Of a stretch of DNA of 32,000 nucleotides, positions 16,789 to 24,622 are shown piece after piece; the stretch's first letter is position 1, and each line of letters starts with the position of its first letter. The notes below the pieces were generated by a model, which was not told where the DNA came from, did no database searches, and was given only the letters and a program-made list of their open reading frames with translations. The stretch is taken from the NCBI RefSeq assembly GCF_009617585.1, contig NZ_WIXI01000038.1, forward strand, positions 70,162 to 102,161. Reading direction: 5' to 3'. The translations under genes and the position numbers were made by a program. This DNA comes from Endobacterium cereale (GTDB lineage: Bacteria; Pseudomonadota; Alphaproteobacteria; Rhizobiales; Rhizobiaceae).

Positions 16789-18000
16789 ATGCGGTCGATT
16801 AATAAGCTCTCAGCTCAGCGCGTTATGAAGGAAGTGAAGCCAGGTCGGTATGGTGATGGCGGCGGTCTATGGCTGCAAGTTTCACAGTCAGGTACCAAAG
16901 CCTGGATCTTCCGTTTCATGAAAAACGGACGAGCGCGCCAAATGGGACTCGGGAGTACTGAAACATTTTCTTTAAAGGAAGCCCGTGAACGAGCGCGAGA
17001 CGCACGGAAATTGTTGTCTGATGGCTACGATCCCATTGAGAGCCGACAAGCCACAAAGAACGCAGAGGTATCCGATAAGCGTGGGATAACTTTCAACGAG
17101 GCAGCATCTAGATATATCAAGGCTCATAGCCCTGGCTGGCGTAACACGAAGCACGCGGCTCAATGGCAAAGTTCGCTAAGCACCTACGCAAACAAAACCA
17201 TAGGCGACGTGGACGTAGCGCAGATTGACACCTCCCACGTCGTCACTATCCTCGAACCGATTTGGACAACGAAAACAGAGACTGCTAGCAGGCTTCGTGG
17301 TCGTATTGAGAGTGTCCTTGATTGGGCCACCGCGCGAACGTTTCGAGAAGGCGAAAATCCTGCTCGTTGGCGTGGCCACCTTGATAAGCTCCTAGCTGCA
17401 CGCAACAAAGTTTCAAGGGTAAAGCATCACGGTGCGTTACCCTACGCCTCGGCACCGGAATTCTTCAGAAAACTAAGGGTGCTCGAACATCAATCCGCAC
17501 GCGCTCTCGAATTTACCATTCTTACCGCAGCGAGGACAGGGGAAGCGCTCGGCGCGCGGTGGACAGAGTTCGACCTAGAAGCTGGCATATGGGTGGTACC
17601 GGGCGAACGCATGAAGTCGGCTCGTAACCATAGGGTGCCGCTATCAAAACAGACGGTCGAAATGCTAGTCGCGCAACCTCGATTGGGAGACTACGTATTT
17701 GCGGGCGCGCGGAGAAATCAGCCACTCTCTAATATGGCTATGCTGCAGTTATTGCGTGGGATGCACGGGACAGAGGGCTTAACCGTTCACGGCTTCCGCT
17801 CGACATTTCGAGATTGGGCAGCCGAGACAACAAATTTTCCCCGCGACGTGGCCGAAGCTGCACTCGCGCACGTGATCGGGGACAAAACCGAGGCGGCGTA
17901 TCGACGAGGCGACGCTCTCCAGAAACGTCGGCACATGATGCAAGATTGGGCAAACTTTTGCAGTGAATCAGCTCCAGCAGGTTGTGACCAAAGTGTATAA
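16789..18000 (+). CDS. int: tyrosine-type site-specific integrase (P4-like, DUF4102-type N-terminal arm-binding domain)
   Basis: N-terminus GRYGDGGGLWLQVSQSGTKAWIFRF. Catalytic region LTAARTGEALGARW...HGFRSTFRDW...AAYRRGD carries the R...HxxR...Y residues. I prefer the ATG at 16789 over the GTG at 16741. Confidence 0.9.
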   Translation: MRSINKLSAQRVMKEVKPGRYGDGGGLWLQVSQSGTKAWIFRFMKNGRARQMGLGSTETFSLKEARERARDARKLLSDGYDPIESRQATKNAEVSDKRGITFNEAASRYIKAHSPGWRNTKHAAQWQSSLSTYANKTIGDVDVAQIDTSHVVTILEPIWTTKTETASRLRGRIESVLDWATARTFREGENPARWRGHLDKLLAARNKVSRVKHHGALPYASAPEFFRKLRVLEHQSARALEFTILTAARTGEALGARWTEFDLEAGIWVVPGERMKSARNHRVPLSKQTVEMLVAQPRLGDYVFAGARRNQPLSNMAMLQLLRGMHGTEGLTVHGFRSTFRDWAAETTNFPRDVAEAALAHVIGDKTEAAYRRGDALQKRRHMMQDWANFCSESAPAGCDQSV

Positions 18001-18271
18001 AGGCAGACGTTACGAGTCAGTGGACAACTTTCAGCCTGATCCTGGCAAGATCAGGAAGCGCGGTGCGCGCCCTCACCCAGACGAGACTATTATTGCGGAG
18101 GTAAAAAACCTTCAGGTCACGTTAAACGTCAGTAGGCATCACGCTATTATGGATATCGGCCGGAAAAAATTCGAAGGCGCATCAAACAAGGAAAACAAGC
18201 TCGAAGCCTTCAGAATTCGCATCGAACGAAAAATGACGAGAGCGAATAAGAAATATTTGTCGGCCGATTAA
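17963..18271 (+). CDS. hypothetical small basic protein (doubtful)
   Basis: ORF only. It has a GTG start overlapping the integrase 3' end by 38 nt and is Lys/Arg-rich. I recognised no motif. Confidence 0.25.
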   Translation: MNQLQQVVTKVYKGRRYESVDNFQPDPGKIRKRGARPHPDETIIAEVKNLQVTLNVSRHHAIMDIGRKKFEGASNKENKLEAFRIRIERKMTRANKKYLSAD

Positions 18272-18422
18272 ATAACTTACCTAGACAGACGATCCTCGAC
18301 TAACGGATCAACAAAAACCATGTCAAAACGGTGACAATTGACGGAATTACGACCGTAGTCACCGGCAATATTTCGTGGCTACCCTGGAACCGAATAAAAC
18401 TAATAGGCTCCAGGAGAATCCA

Positions 18423-18623
18423 ATGATTACAAATCACAGATTTTTACGTCTAAACCAAGTTAGAGAACTGACTGGGCTTCCCACTTCGACACTGTACGAC
18501 CTCATGCAAAAGAGCCGGTTCCCAAGGCCAATCAAGCTTAGTGCTCGTTCAGTTGCATGGCTGGCGTGCGATATTGAAGAGTGGCAAGAGCGCCTTATTC
18601 AGCAGGGGAGCAAGGCACTCTGA
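18423..18623 (+). CDS. alpA: AlpA-family transcriptional regulator / excisionase-like HTH protein
   Basis: MITNHRFLRLNQVRELTGLPTSTLYDLMQKSRFPRPIKLSARSVAWLACDIEEW matches the AlpA/prophage CP4-57 regulator pattern. AGGAGA lies upstream of the ATG at 18423. Confidence 0.8.
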   Translation: MITNHRFLRLNQVRELTGLPTSTLYDLMQKSRFPRPIKLSARSVAWLACDIEEWQERLIQQGSKAL

Positions 18624-19132
18624 TGCTGAGTTTCGATACTCTGATCGCCTCAGCGCATTCAATCCAGCCCGAGGCTTCGCATCTCTTCATTGGCTCCCAT
18701 TCCGTAGCCAACACCGTGACCAGGCTAGGACTGACGCGAGTCATCACTCCAGATACAAGCGACCCTATCTACCAAGCGGACCAGGCCTACTTCGCCGGGC
18801 GGCCAGGGCGTTGCACGCTAATCCGAAATGATACATGCCCAGCGACGGCGCGCACACACACTCGGAACCCTCCGCCACAACTGTGGGTACTAGTCATTGG
18901 GTTGACCCACAGCATCCACTTATCGATGCCAGTCTGGCGCGGAACGCCCTGCTTTCTCACTGAAACGCTTCAGCTCGGGGCTGATGAATGCCATGCGCCT
19001 GTATACGCCAAAGCGGCGGCGGACGTGGAAATCTCGTTGTTGTTAAAAAAGTGCATCGCGAACGAAGGTCGCGACTGGACTGATTGGAAAAACTACACCT
19101 GGAGCATTGAGAGAAGCGCATGGACAGGCTGA
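18623..19132 (+). CDS. hypothetical protein
   Basis: ORF with its ATG overlapping the alpA TGA (TGATG). I recognised no motif. Confidence 0.4.
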   Translation: MLSFDTLIASAHSIQPEASHLFIGSHSVANTVTRLGLTRVITPDTSDPIYQADQAYFAGRPGRCTLIRNDTCPATARTHTRNPPPQLWVLVIGLTHSIHLSMPVWRGTPCFLTETLQLGADECHAPVYAKAAADVEISLLLKKCIANEGRDWTDWKNYTWSIERSAWTG

Positions 19133-19953
19133 CCCGCACTTCAATGCTAGGGCTTGCGCAGATGTATTCAACACAGACAGCTCTCGTGTTCCCATGCGGT
19201 AATGGCGGCACCAACGTAAAGAGACCTCTGGTCGCAGGAGGCCACCTTAGCGCAACCAACGACATATACCGTGTTAACGCGCTGTGGAGCGCAGGTAACA
19301 GTGAGGCGTTAGTGGGACTGCCGTGCAGCGCAAACCATATCATTGTGGTTGATTGCGATCGGCACGGCGATGGCGATGGTGTTGACTGTATCGAGCGACT
19401 TTTTCAAATCAACAACTTCAACGCAATCCGGCATGTACCCGTCGTTGCAACGCCAAACGCAGGACGTCATTACTATTTTGAGTCGCCTCCCGATCACCAG
19501 CGTTTGAAGGGAAAACTAGGCCCGGCCATCGATATCAAGTTGAATGGGTATGTTATCGCACCAGGCTCCATAATGCGGGACGGGAGGGAGTACAGCCTTC
19601 TTAATGGAGTGCCGTCTGATTTAGCAGCGGCAATAAAGCACAGAGCCCTACCCCCGCTGCCGATTTGGCTGCACCAAATGATTACGGTTCAGGAAGCCAA
19701 TGCATCGTCAACTATGAGTGCGAACTACAATGTATACGCTCGCCTCAAAGGATTGGTCTGTAAAGTAGCCACCGCACCGGAGGGCGAGCGTAACGCGACT
19801 CTATTCTGGGCAGCTTGCCGAATGAGCGAGATGGTCGTCAAACGGGAGCTTCCCAGAGAGGACGCGATCGCGCTTCTGGACAAAGCTGGAGCGTATGCAG
19901 GTCTCTCGCAGAGAGACGTTGCTGCAACTATACGGAGCGGTTTCTCGCGATGA
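19120..19953 (+). CDS. bifunctional DNA primase/polymerase (Prim-Pol, AEP superfamily) domain protein with PriCT-like C-terminus
   Basis: Acidic DxD motif IIVVDCDRHGDGDG, a NGYVIAPGS motif, and C-terminal ERNATLFWAACRM typical of primase C-terminal domains. The exact start (19120, or a downstream Met) is uncertain. Confidence 0.75.
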   Translation: MDRLTRTSMLGLAQMYSTQTALVFPCGNGGTNVKRPLVAGGHLSATNDIYRVNALWSAGNSEALVGLPCSANHIIVVDCDRHGDGDGVDCIERLFQINNFNAIRHVPVVATPNAGRHYYFESPPDHQRLKGKLGPAIDIKLNGYVIAPGSIMRDGREYSLLNGVPSDLAAAIKHRALPPLPIWLHQMITVQEANASSTMSANYNVYARLKGLVCKVATAPEGERNATLFWAACRMSEMVVKRELPREDAIALLDKAGAYAGLSQRDVAATIRSGFSR

Positions 19954-21443
19954 ACGATGCAGCATATTCATTTGTTCTCTCGCACGCGATGCCGGAGGAC
20001 AAAAAGCCTCTTTATCGACAAGTGCCTCCCGCCGCCCCATTTCCAGTGGATGCACTTGGCCCACTCGCGGCAGCTTGCAGTGCGATACAGGAGTTGACGC
20101 AAGCACCTGCGGCTTTGGTAGGACAATCGGTCCTCGCCGCTGCCACGTTAGCCGTACAAGCTCAGCGCGACGTGGACCTTCCAGGCGCAGGGCGCCGTCC
20201 TCTGACCGGCATCTTCATTACAATCGCAGAGAGTGGCGAGCGCAAAACATCCGTCGATAAACTTGCATTGCAAGGGGTTAGGGAAATCGAACGTCAATGG
20301 GCAGGGGATGCCGCGAGACAATGGGCAAACTACGTCAACGAGCGAAAAGCATGGGAAACAGTACGAAAATCCGCCGAAAAGAAACACGGTGATGACATGT
20401 CGGCGCTGACCACCGCACTAGCGGCGACAGGTCCAGAACCCGTCCCGCCTCCCCATCCTATGCTCATACTTGAAGACTTCACCTCTGAGGCATTGACAAT
20501 GCATCTAGCAGGCGCCCGTCCATTTGCCGGTATATTCTCTTCCGAAGGCGGCATTCTCGTCGGCGGAGCTGCCTTTACCGACGATAATAACATGAAGACC
20601 GGTGCATTGCTTAATCTGCTGTGGGATGGCGAACCGATACGGCGCACCAGGGTTGGCACCGGGCAAACATACCTTCCAGGCAGGAGATGCAGCGTTCATA
20701 TAATGCTGCAGCAAGTCGTTGCAGACAAACTATTCGGGGATCCAGTCCTCGAAGGGAATGGCCTAACCGCGCGGATGCTTACCGTCGCGCCGCAATCGAC
20801 AATAGGGACACGCTTTTTCCGCGAACATACTTCCAGTGCCGAAGGCGAGCTTCAACATTTTAACTCGCGCATAATGCAATTATTATCTCGCGACGTTACA
20901 AAGCATCCCGATACCGGAGCCCTTGAGCCTTCGACCATCTGGCTTAGTCAAGACGCTAAGACCGCCTACATTAGCTTTCATGACGTGTGCGAGCGAGAGA
21001 TAAGATCTGACGGTTCTCTTTCGGAGATCAGAGGTTTTGGCGCAAAACTTGCCGAACAAGCGGGGCGAATCGCAGCAATCTTGACGCTCTATCACGATCC
21101 CGACGCACACGAGGTTTCATTAACCGCGATGCAATGCGGAATTAATCTCGCTACATTTTATGCAAACGAAGCTCTCCGCATTCGGAACTCCTCCGCGATA
21201 TCCAACGATCTTCGCTTGGCCGCGGAATTGATCGAATGGTGGCGACGATTGCAGCGACAGCAGTTACATCTCGCTTTGGTTTATCAACATGGTCCAAAGA
21301 GGATTAGAGACGCTAAGACTGCGCGACGCATTCTTGGGGTGCTGATTGACAATGGGCAAATCACGCAGCTTACAGCTGGCTCTATCGTAGATGGCAAAGC
21401 TCGGAAAGAAGCGTATCAGCTAAACGTTGATCCTCGCGATTAG
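19950..21443 (+). CDS. DUF3987 (YfjI-like) protein, putative helicase/replication partner of Prim-Pol
   Basis: The start MNDAAYSF overlaps the upstream TGA (ATGA). N-terminal FPVDALGPLAAACSAIQELTQAPAALVGQSVLAAATLAVQ is the pattern I associate with DUF3987 proteins of P4-like islands. Confidence 0.7.
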   Translation: MNDAAYSFVLSHAMPEDKKPLYRQVPPAAPFPVDALGPLAAACSAIQELTQAPAALVGQSVLAAATLAVQAQRDVDLPGAGRRPLTGIFITIAESGERKTSVDKLALQGVREIERQWAGDAARQWANYVNERKAWETVRKSAEKKHGDDMSALTTALAATGPEPVPPPHPMLILEDFTSEALTMHLAGARPFAGIFSSEGGILVGGAAFTDDNNMKTGALLNLLWDGEPIRRTRVGTGQTYLPGRRCSVHIMLQQVVADKLFGDPVLEGNGLTARMLTVAPQSTIGTRFFREHTSSAEGELQHFNSRIMQLLSRDVTKHPDTGALEPSTIWLSQDAKTAYISFHDVCEREIRSDGSLSEIRGFGAKLAEQAGRIAAILTLYHDPDAHEVSLTAMQCGINLATFYANEALRIRNSSAISNDLRLAAELIEWWRRLQRQQLHLALVYQHGPKRIRDAKTARRILGVLIDNGQITQLTAGSIVDGKARKEAYQLNVDPRD

Positions 21444-21638
21444 CCTGGTTAGCCCTCTCCCTAGCATCCCGCGTCTATCTTCTACTTTTTTTTCTGGGTT
21501 CTCACGCGAGCTGCTAATCAGGCTAATCTAACAAAAGCGGACGTTCCATCCGCCAAAATCGCTTGATTCTAGTCACAAAACGTTGTCCCTGGAAATCGTA
21601 CCCACAAAATAACCCACATTAGAGACGTGTTAGGTGCC

Positions 21639-21983
21639 ATGATGCCCAGAAGTAGTCGTGCCAATATACCCGCACTGCAGCAAGCTAGCACGCGCATCGG
21701 TAATGAATCAGCGCTTCTCGACGGAGTAGACGGTAGAACGAACGGCGCCCGCCGCTTCAAAGAGATTTTCACGCGACTGTCAACCGAACTAACTCAACTA
21801 AAGCGCCGACAGACAACCGTGGAGTCACTAATTCTCATGCGCGCTTCGTTTCTCGTCATCTGGTGCGAGAAGCAAGAGGCAAAACTGGCGTCTGGTGAAG
21901 ACGTAGACGTAGGAGCATATGTCACGACTTCGAACACGCTTCGGAAACTTCTCGCGGACGTGGAATTGCTAAGGGAGAAGTAG
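21639..21983 (+). CDS. hypothetical protein
   Basis: ORF with good coding look (MMPRSSRANIPALQQ...DGRTNGARRFKEIF...). No confident family. The start could be the ATG at 21639 or the GTG at 21627. Confidence 0.45.
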   Translation: MMPRSSRANIPALQQASTRIGNESALLDGVDGRTNGARRFKEIFTRLSTELTQLKRRQTTVESLILMRASFLVIWCEKQEAKLASGEDVDVGAYVTTSNTLRKLLADVELLREK

Positions 21984-22108
21984 GTCGTAACCCGGCTAAG
22001 CATTGACGCCATCGGTGGAGACTTGACATTTGTTCTCCATTTGGCCTTCCCGAACTGCTCGCCATCTGTCAGACTGAGTCAAGTGCTTCGCATATTTGGG
22101 ATTGACTG

Positions 22109-23224
22109 ATGAATTACCGAATCGCTGACTTGTTTTGCGGTGCTGGCGGAATGACGCTCGGCTTCGTCGATAACCGATTCGGTGGCGGATTTGATTCGGT
22201 CTTCGCACTGGACAATGACAAATCCTCCGCAGCAACACACCGTACTAACTTCGGCGGTGAGTCGCTATGCGAAAACATTGAAACTTGGATTAGCGAGGCT
22301 GACGTTCCGAAAGTAGACGTCGTCGTCGGCGGACCGCCTTGTCAGGGATTTAGCTTACTTAACAAACGGCGTACCGGAGACGAGCGACGCGCTCTGTGGG
22401 AACCATATCTCCTGGCAGTGAAGGAAAGCGGTGCACGTATTTTCGTTATGGAGAACGTTGCTGAGCTTTACCGTTCACCTGAGCTGGATGACATCCGCGC
22501 TAGGGCAGAGTCGCTAGGCTTCAAAACGTCTGCATGGGTACTGAATACCGCTAATTACGGTGTCGCACAGACCCGAAAGCGCACTATCGTCATAGGTTGG
22601 GACAGCGTCAAAGTGCCAAATGGCGTTGGGATGCCTACTCAGACGCACCGCGATCCGTCTATTGTCGTCGCCTCTGACAGAAATCTTACACCCTGGCTAA
22701 CGGTCAAAGACGCATTCAAAGGATTGCCAGCAGACACAGTCGGGATAGACATCGGTGACGGCTCCCCGCTTGATCTTCACTTCGGCAGAAGTCCAACGAC
22801 GCTCAGCCAGAAACGCTACAGGGTCGTCCCACCCGGCGGCAACCGCTTCGATCTTCAACGAAACGCACCCGAACTAACACCCGATTGCTGGATACGTAAG
22901 ACATCAGGTGGCACAGACTTGTTTGGACGCCTCTGGTGGGATCGCCCCTCGGTGACAATTCGGACAGAGTTCTTCAAACCTGAAAAAGGCCGATATTTGC
23001 ACCCTGAAGAACATCGGCCGATAAGTCACCGCGAGGCAGCTCGATTGATGGGCTTTCCCGACGATTTTCGTTTTTCGGGTTCGAAAGTGGATATCGCAAG
23101 GCAGATCGGAAACGCAGTTCCACCTCCGTTCGCTGGGGCGATTGCTCGCTCAGTTAAAGAGGCGCTTGATGCAGTAAAGATGTTGGATAGCAAAATCGAT
23201 GGCGCGACGTCGGAAGCTGCATAG
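22109..23224 (+). CDS. dcm: DNA (cytosine-5)-methyltransferase
   Basis: All the canonical m5C MTase motifs appear in standard order: I DLFCGAGGMTLGF, IV GGPPCQGFS, VI ENV, VIII QTRKR, X GNAVPP. Confidence 0.92.
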   Translation: MNYRIADLFCGAGGMTLGFVDNRFGGGFDSVFALDNDKSSAATHRTNFGGESLCENIETWISEADVPKVDVVVGGPPCQGFSLLNKRRTGDERRALWEPYLLAVKESGARIFVMENVAELYRSPELDDIRARAESLGFKTSAWVLNTANYGVAQTRKRTIVIGWDSVKVPNGVGMPTQTHRDPSIVVASDRNLTPWLTVKDAFKGLPADTVGIDIGDGSPLDLHFGRSPTTLSQKRYRVVPPGGNRFDLQRNAPELTPDCWIRKTSGGTDLFGRLWWDRPSVTIRTEFFKPEKGRYLHPEEHRPISHREAARLMGFPDDFRFSGSKVDIARQIGNAVPPPFAGAIARSVKEALDAVKMLDSKIDGATSEAA

Positions 23225-24224
23225 CGAACCAGAGAAAGCTCTTGCCGAGCTTCAGACTCTTCTCGATGATTTCTCTAGCTGGCTATCAGACCCAGATCTA
23301 CGGGCAAAGGTTAGGGCTTTAATCCCAGCAATACACAAAATTCGCGAGGTTGGAGTAATCCTCCAAACTGGCGCCGCGCAGCTATCTGCGCGCATGCGAA
23401 TTCTCAACTACTTACAGGCTTATCCGTTGACCGTAATTGACGGCGATGAGCTGATGGTGGTCTCCGGCATTCAGGACTACCCGCGCCGAGTTCGTGAGCT
23501 TCGCGTACAGCTCGGTTGGCAAATCAGCAGTGGCGCCACATTCAAAGATATGGCGAACGATCTTTCCAGAACGGGGAATCTGGAAGATCTCGCCGCGATA
23601 GAAGCCGCTCTTGGACGAGATCCACTCACGTTAAGGACGGATCAATACGTTCTCCTATCGCTCGAGGAAGACAGAGAAGCAGCCCATAGATGGAACAACT
23701 TAAACGAGATTCGGCGAAGCAAGGCTTCGGTACAGGACAAACTGCTTCGATACATGCTGAAAAACATCGGCAGGCCTGTGTTAGGCGAAGAACTTCGCTA
23801 TCTCGCAGGTGACCGCAACGAATGGCCGAGACGGATGCGAGAATTGAGAACGGAAGGAGGTTGGTCGATAGCGACCAAGATGAGCGGACGTCCGGATCTG
23901 AATGTCGGGACTTACGTACTTGAAACTGGTGAACCAGCACCCGAGCACGATCGACATATCCCGGATGCTGTGCGGGTAGATGTGCTCATACGTGACAAAT
24001 ACCGTTGCCAGTGGCCCGAGTGTGGATGGGAACGCGGAATGGCCGCTCCGAATGACCCACGAAAACTGCTGGAGCTTCACCACGTCGTGCACCATCGCGA
24101 CAAGGGAACAAACACAACCGGCAACTTGATAACACTTTGCAATACGCACCACGACTTGGTTCACAAGGATCAGTCAGCGGCAAAGGTTGTTGAGACAATC
24201 TTAGCTGAAGCGCACGCGCGCTGA
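23199..24224 (+). CDS. HNH endonuclease, probable restriction partner of the m5C methyltransferase (two N-terminal wHTH-like repeats plus a C-terminal HNH)
   Basis: C-terminal CQWPECGW...LELHHVVHHRDKGTNTTGNLITLCNTHHDLVH is an HNH/beta-beta-alpha-Me motif. An internal duplication spans aa 65-110 and 180-225 (..YPRRVRELRVQLGWQI / ..WPRRMRELRTEGGWSI). It overlaps dcm by 26 nt. Confidence 0.8.
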   Translation: MARRRKLHSEPEKALAELQTLLDDFSSWLSDPDLRAKVRALIPAIHKIREVGVILQTGAAQLSARMRILNYLQAYPLTVIDGDELMVVSGIQDYPRRVRELRVQLGWQISSGATFKDMANDLSRTGNLEDLAAIEAALGRDPLTLRTDQYVLLSLEEDREAAHRWNNLNEIRRSKASVQDKLLRYMLKNIGRPVLGEELRYLAGDRNEWPRRMRELRTEGGWSIATKMSGRPDLNVGTYVLETGEPAPEHDRHIPDAVRVDVLIRDKYRCQWPECGWERGMAAPNDPRKLLELHHVVHHRDKGTNTTGNLITLCNTHHDLVHKDQSAAKVVETILAEAHAR

Positions 24225-24622
24225 CGCTCTAAAAACTGTTGCAGTCTGCAGATACTATCCGTTAGTTCGCATTCCCATATAATAAAAACGTGCCACCCTT
24301 GCCGCCTTAAAGATTCTTCATTGATTTGGTCGCGCTGCTTATTGCTATTGAGCTTGGCAATCCATTTCTCTTTATTCGATTTCGGAAGAGTGGTCCCTTT
24401 TCGGCAGTCGTGCCCGTGCCAGAAGCACCCGTGCACGAAGATCGCACACTTGAACTTCTTCAGAACAATGTCTGGTTTGCCCGGCAAATCTTTCGAGTGA
24501 ATGCGAAACCGGAATCCGCTTGCGAATAGGGCACGCCGAACCGCGATCTCCGGCCGAGTATTCTTCGCTTTGATCCTGGACATAAGCGCGGACCGATCCG
24601 CTATCGATAGTTTGTCTGCCAT
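24170..24622 (-). CDS. vsr: very short patch repair (Vsr) endonuclease
   Basis: MADKLSIADRSALMSRIKAKNTRPE...LPGKPDIVL...AIFVHGCFWHGHDC...IIWECEL parallels E. coli Vsr, including the catalytic Asp and His positions. Confidence 0.88.
   Translation of the reverse strand: MADKLSIADRSALMSRIKAKNTRPEIAVRRALFASGFRFRIHSKDLPGKPDIVLKKFKCAIFVHGCFWHGHDCRKGTTLPKSNKEKWIAKLNSNKQRDQINEESLRRQGWHVFIIWECELTDSICRLQQFLERQRACASAKIVSTTFAAD

Noticed and set aside
18423-19132. The small HTH gene plus the overlapping downstream ORF as a toxin-antitoxin pair
   Set aside because: The HTH protein matches the AlpA/excisionase pattern expected next to an integrase. The downstream ORF has no toxin-like motif that I can see.
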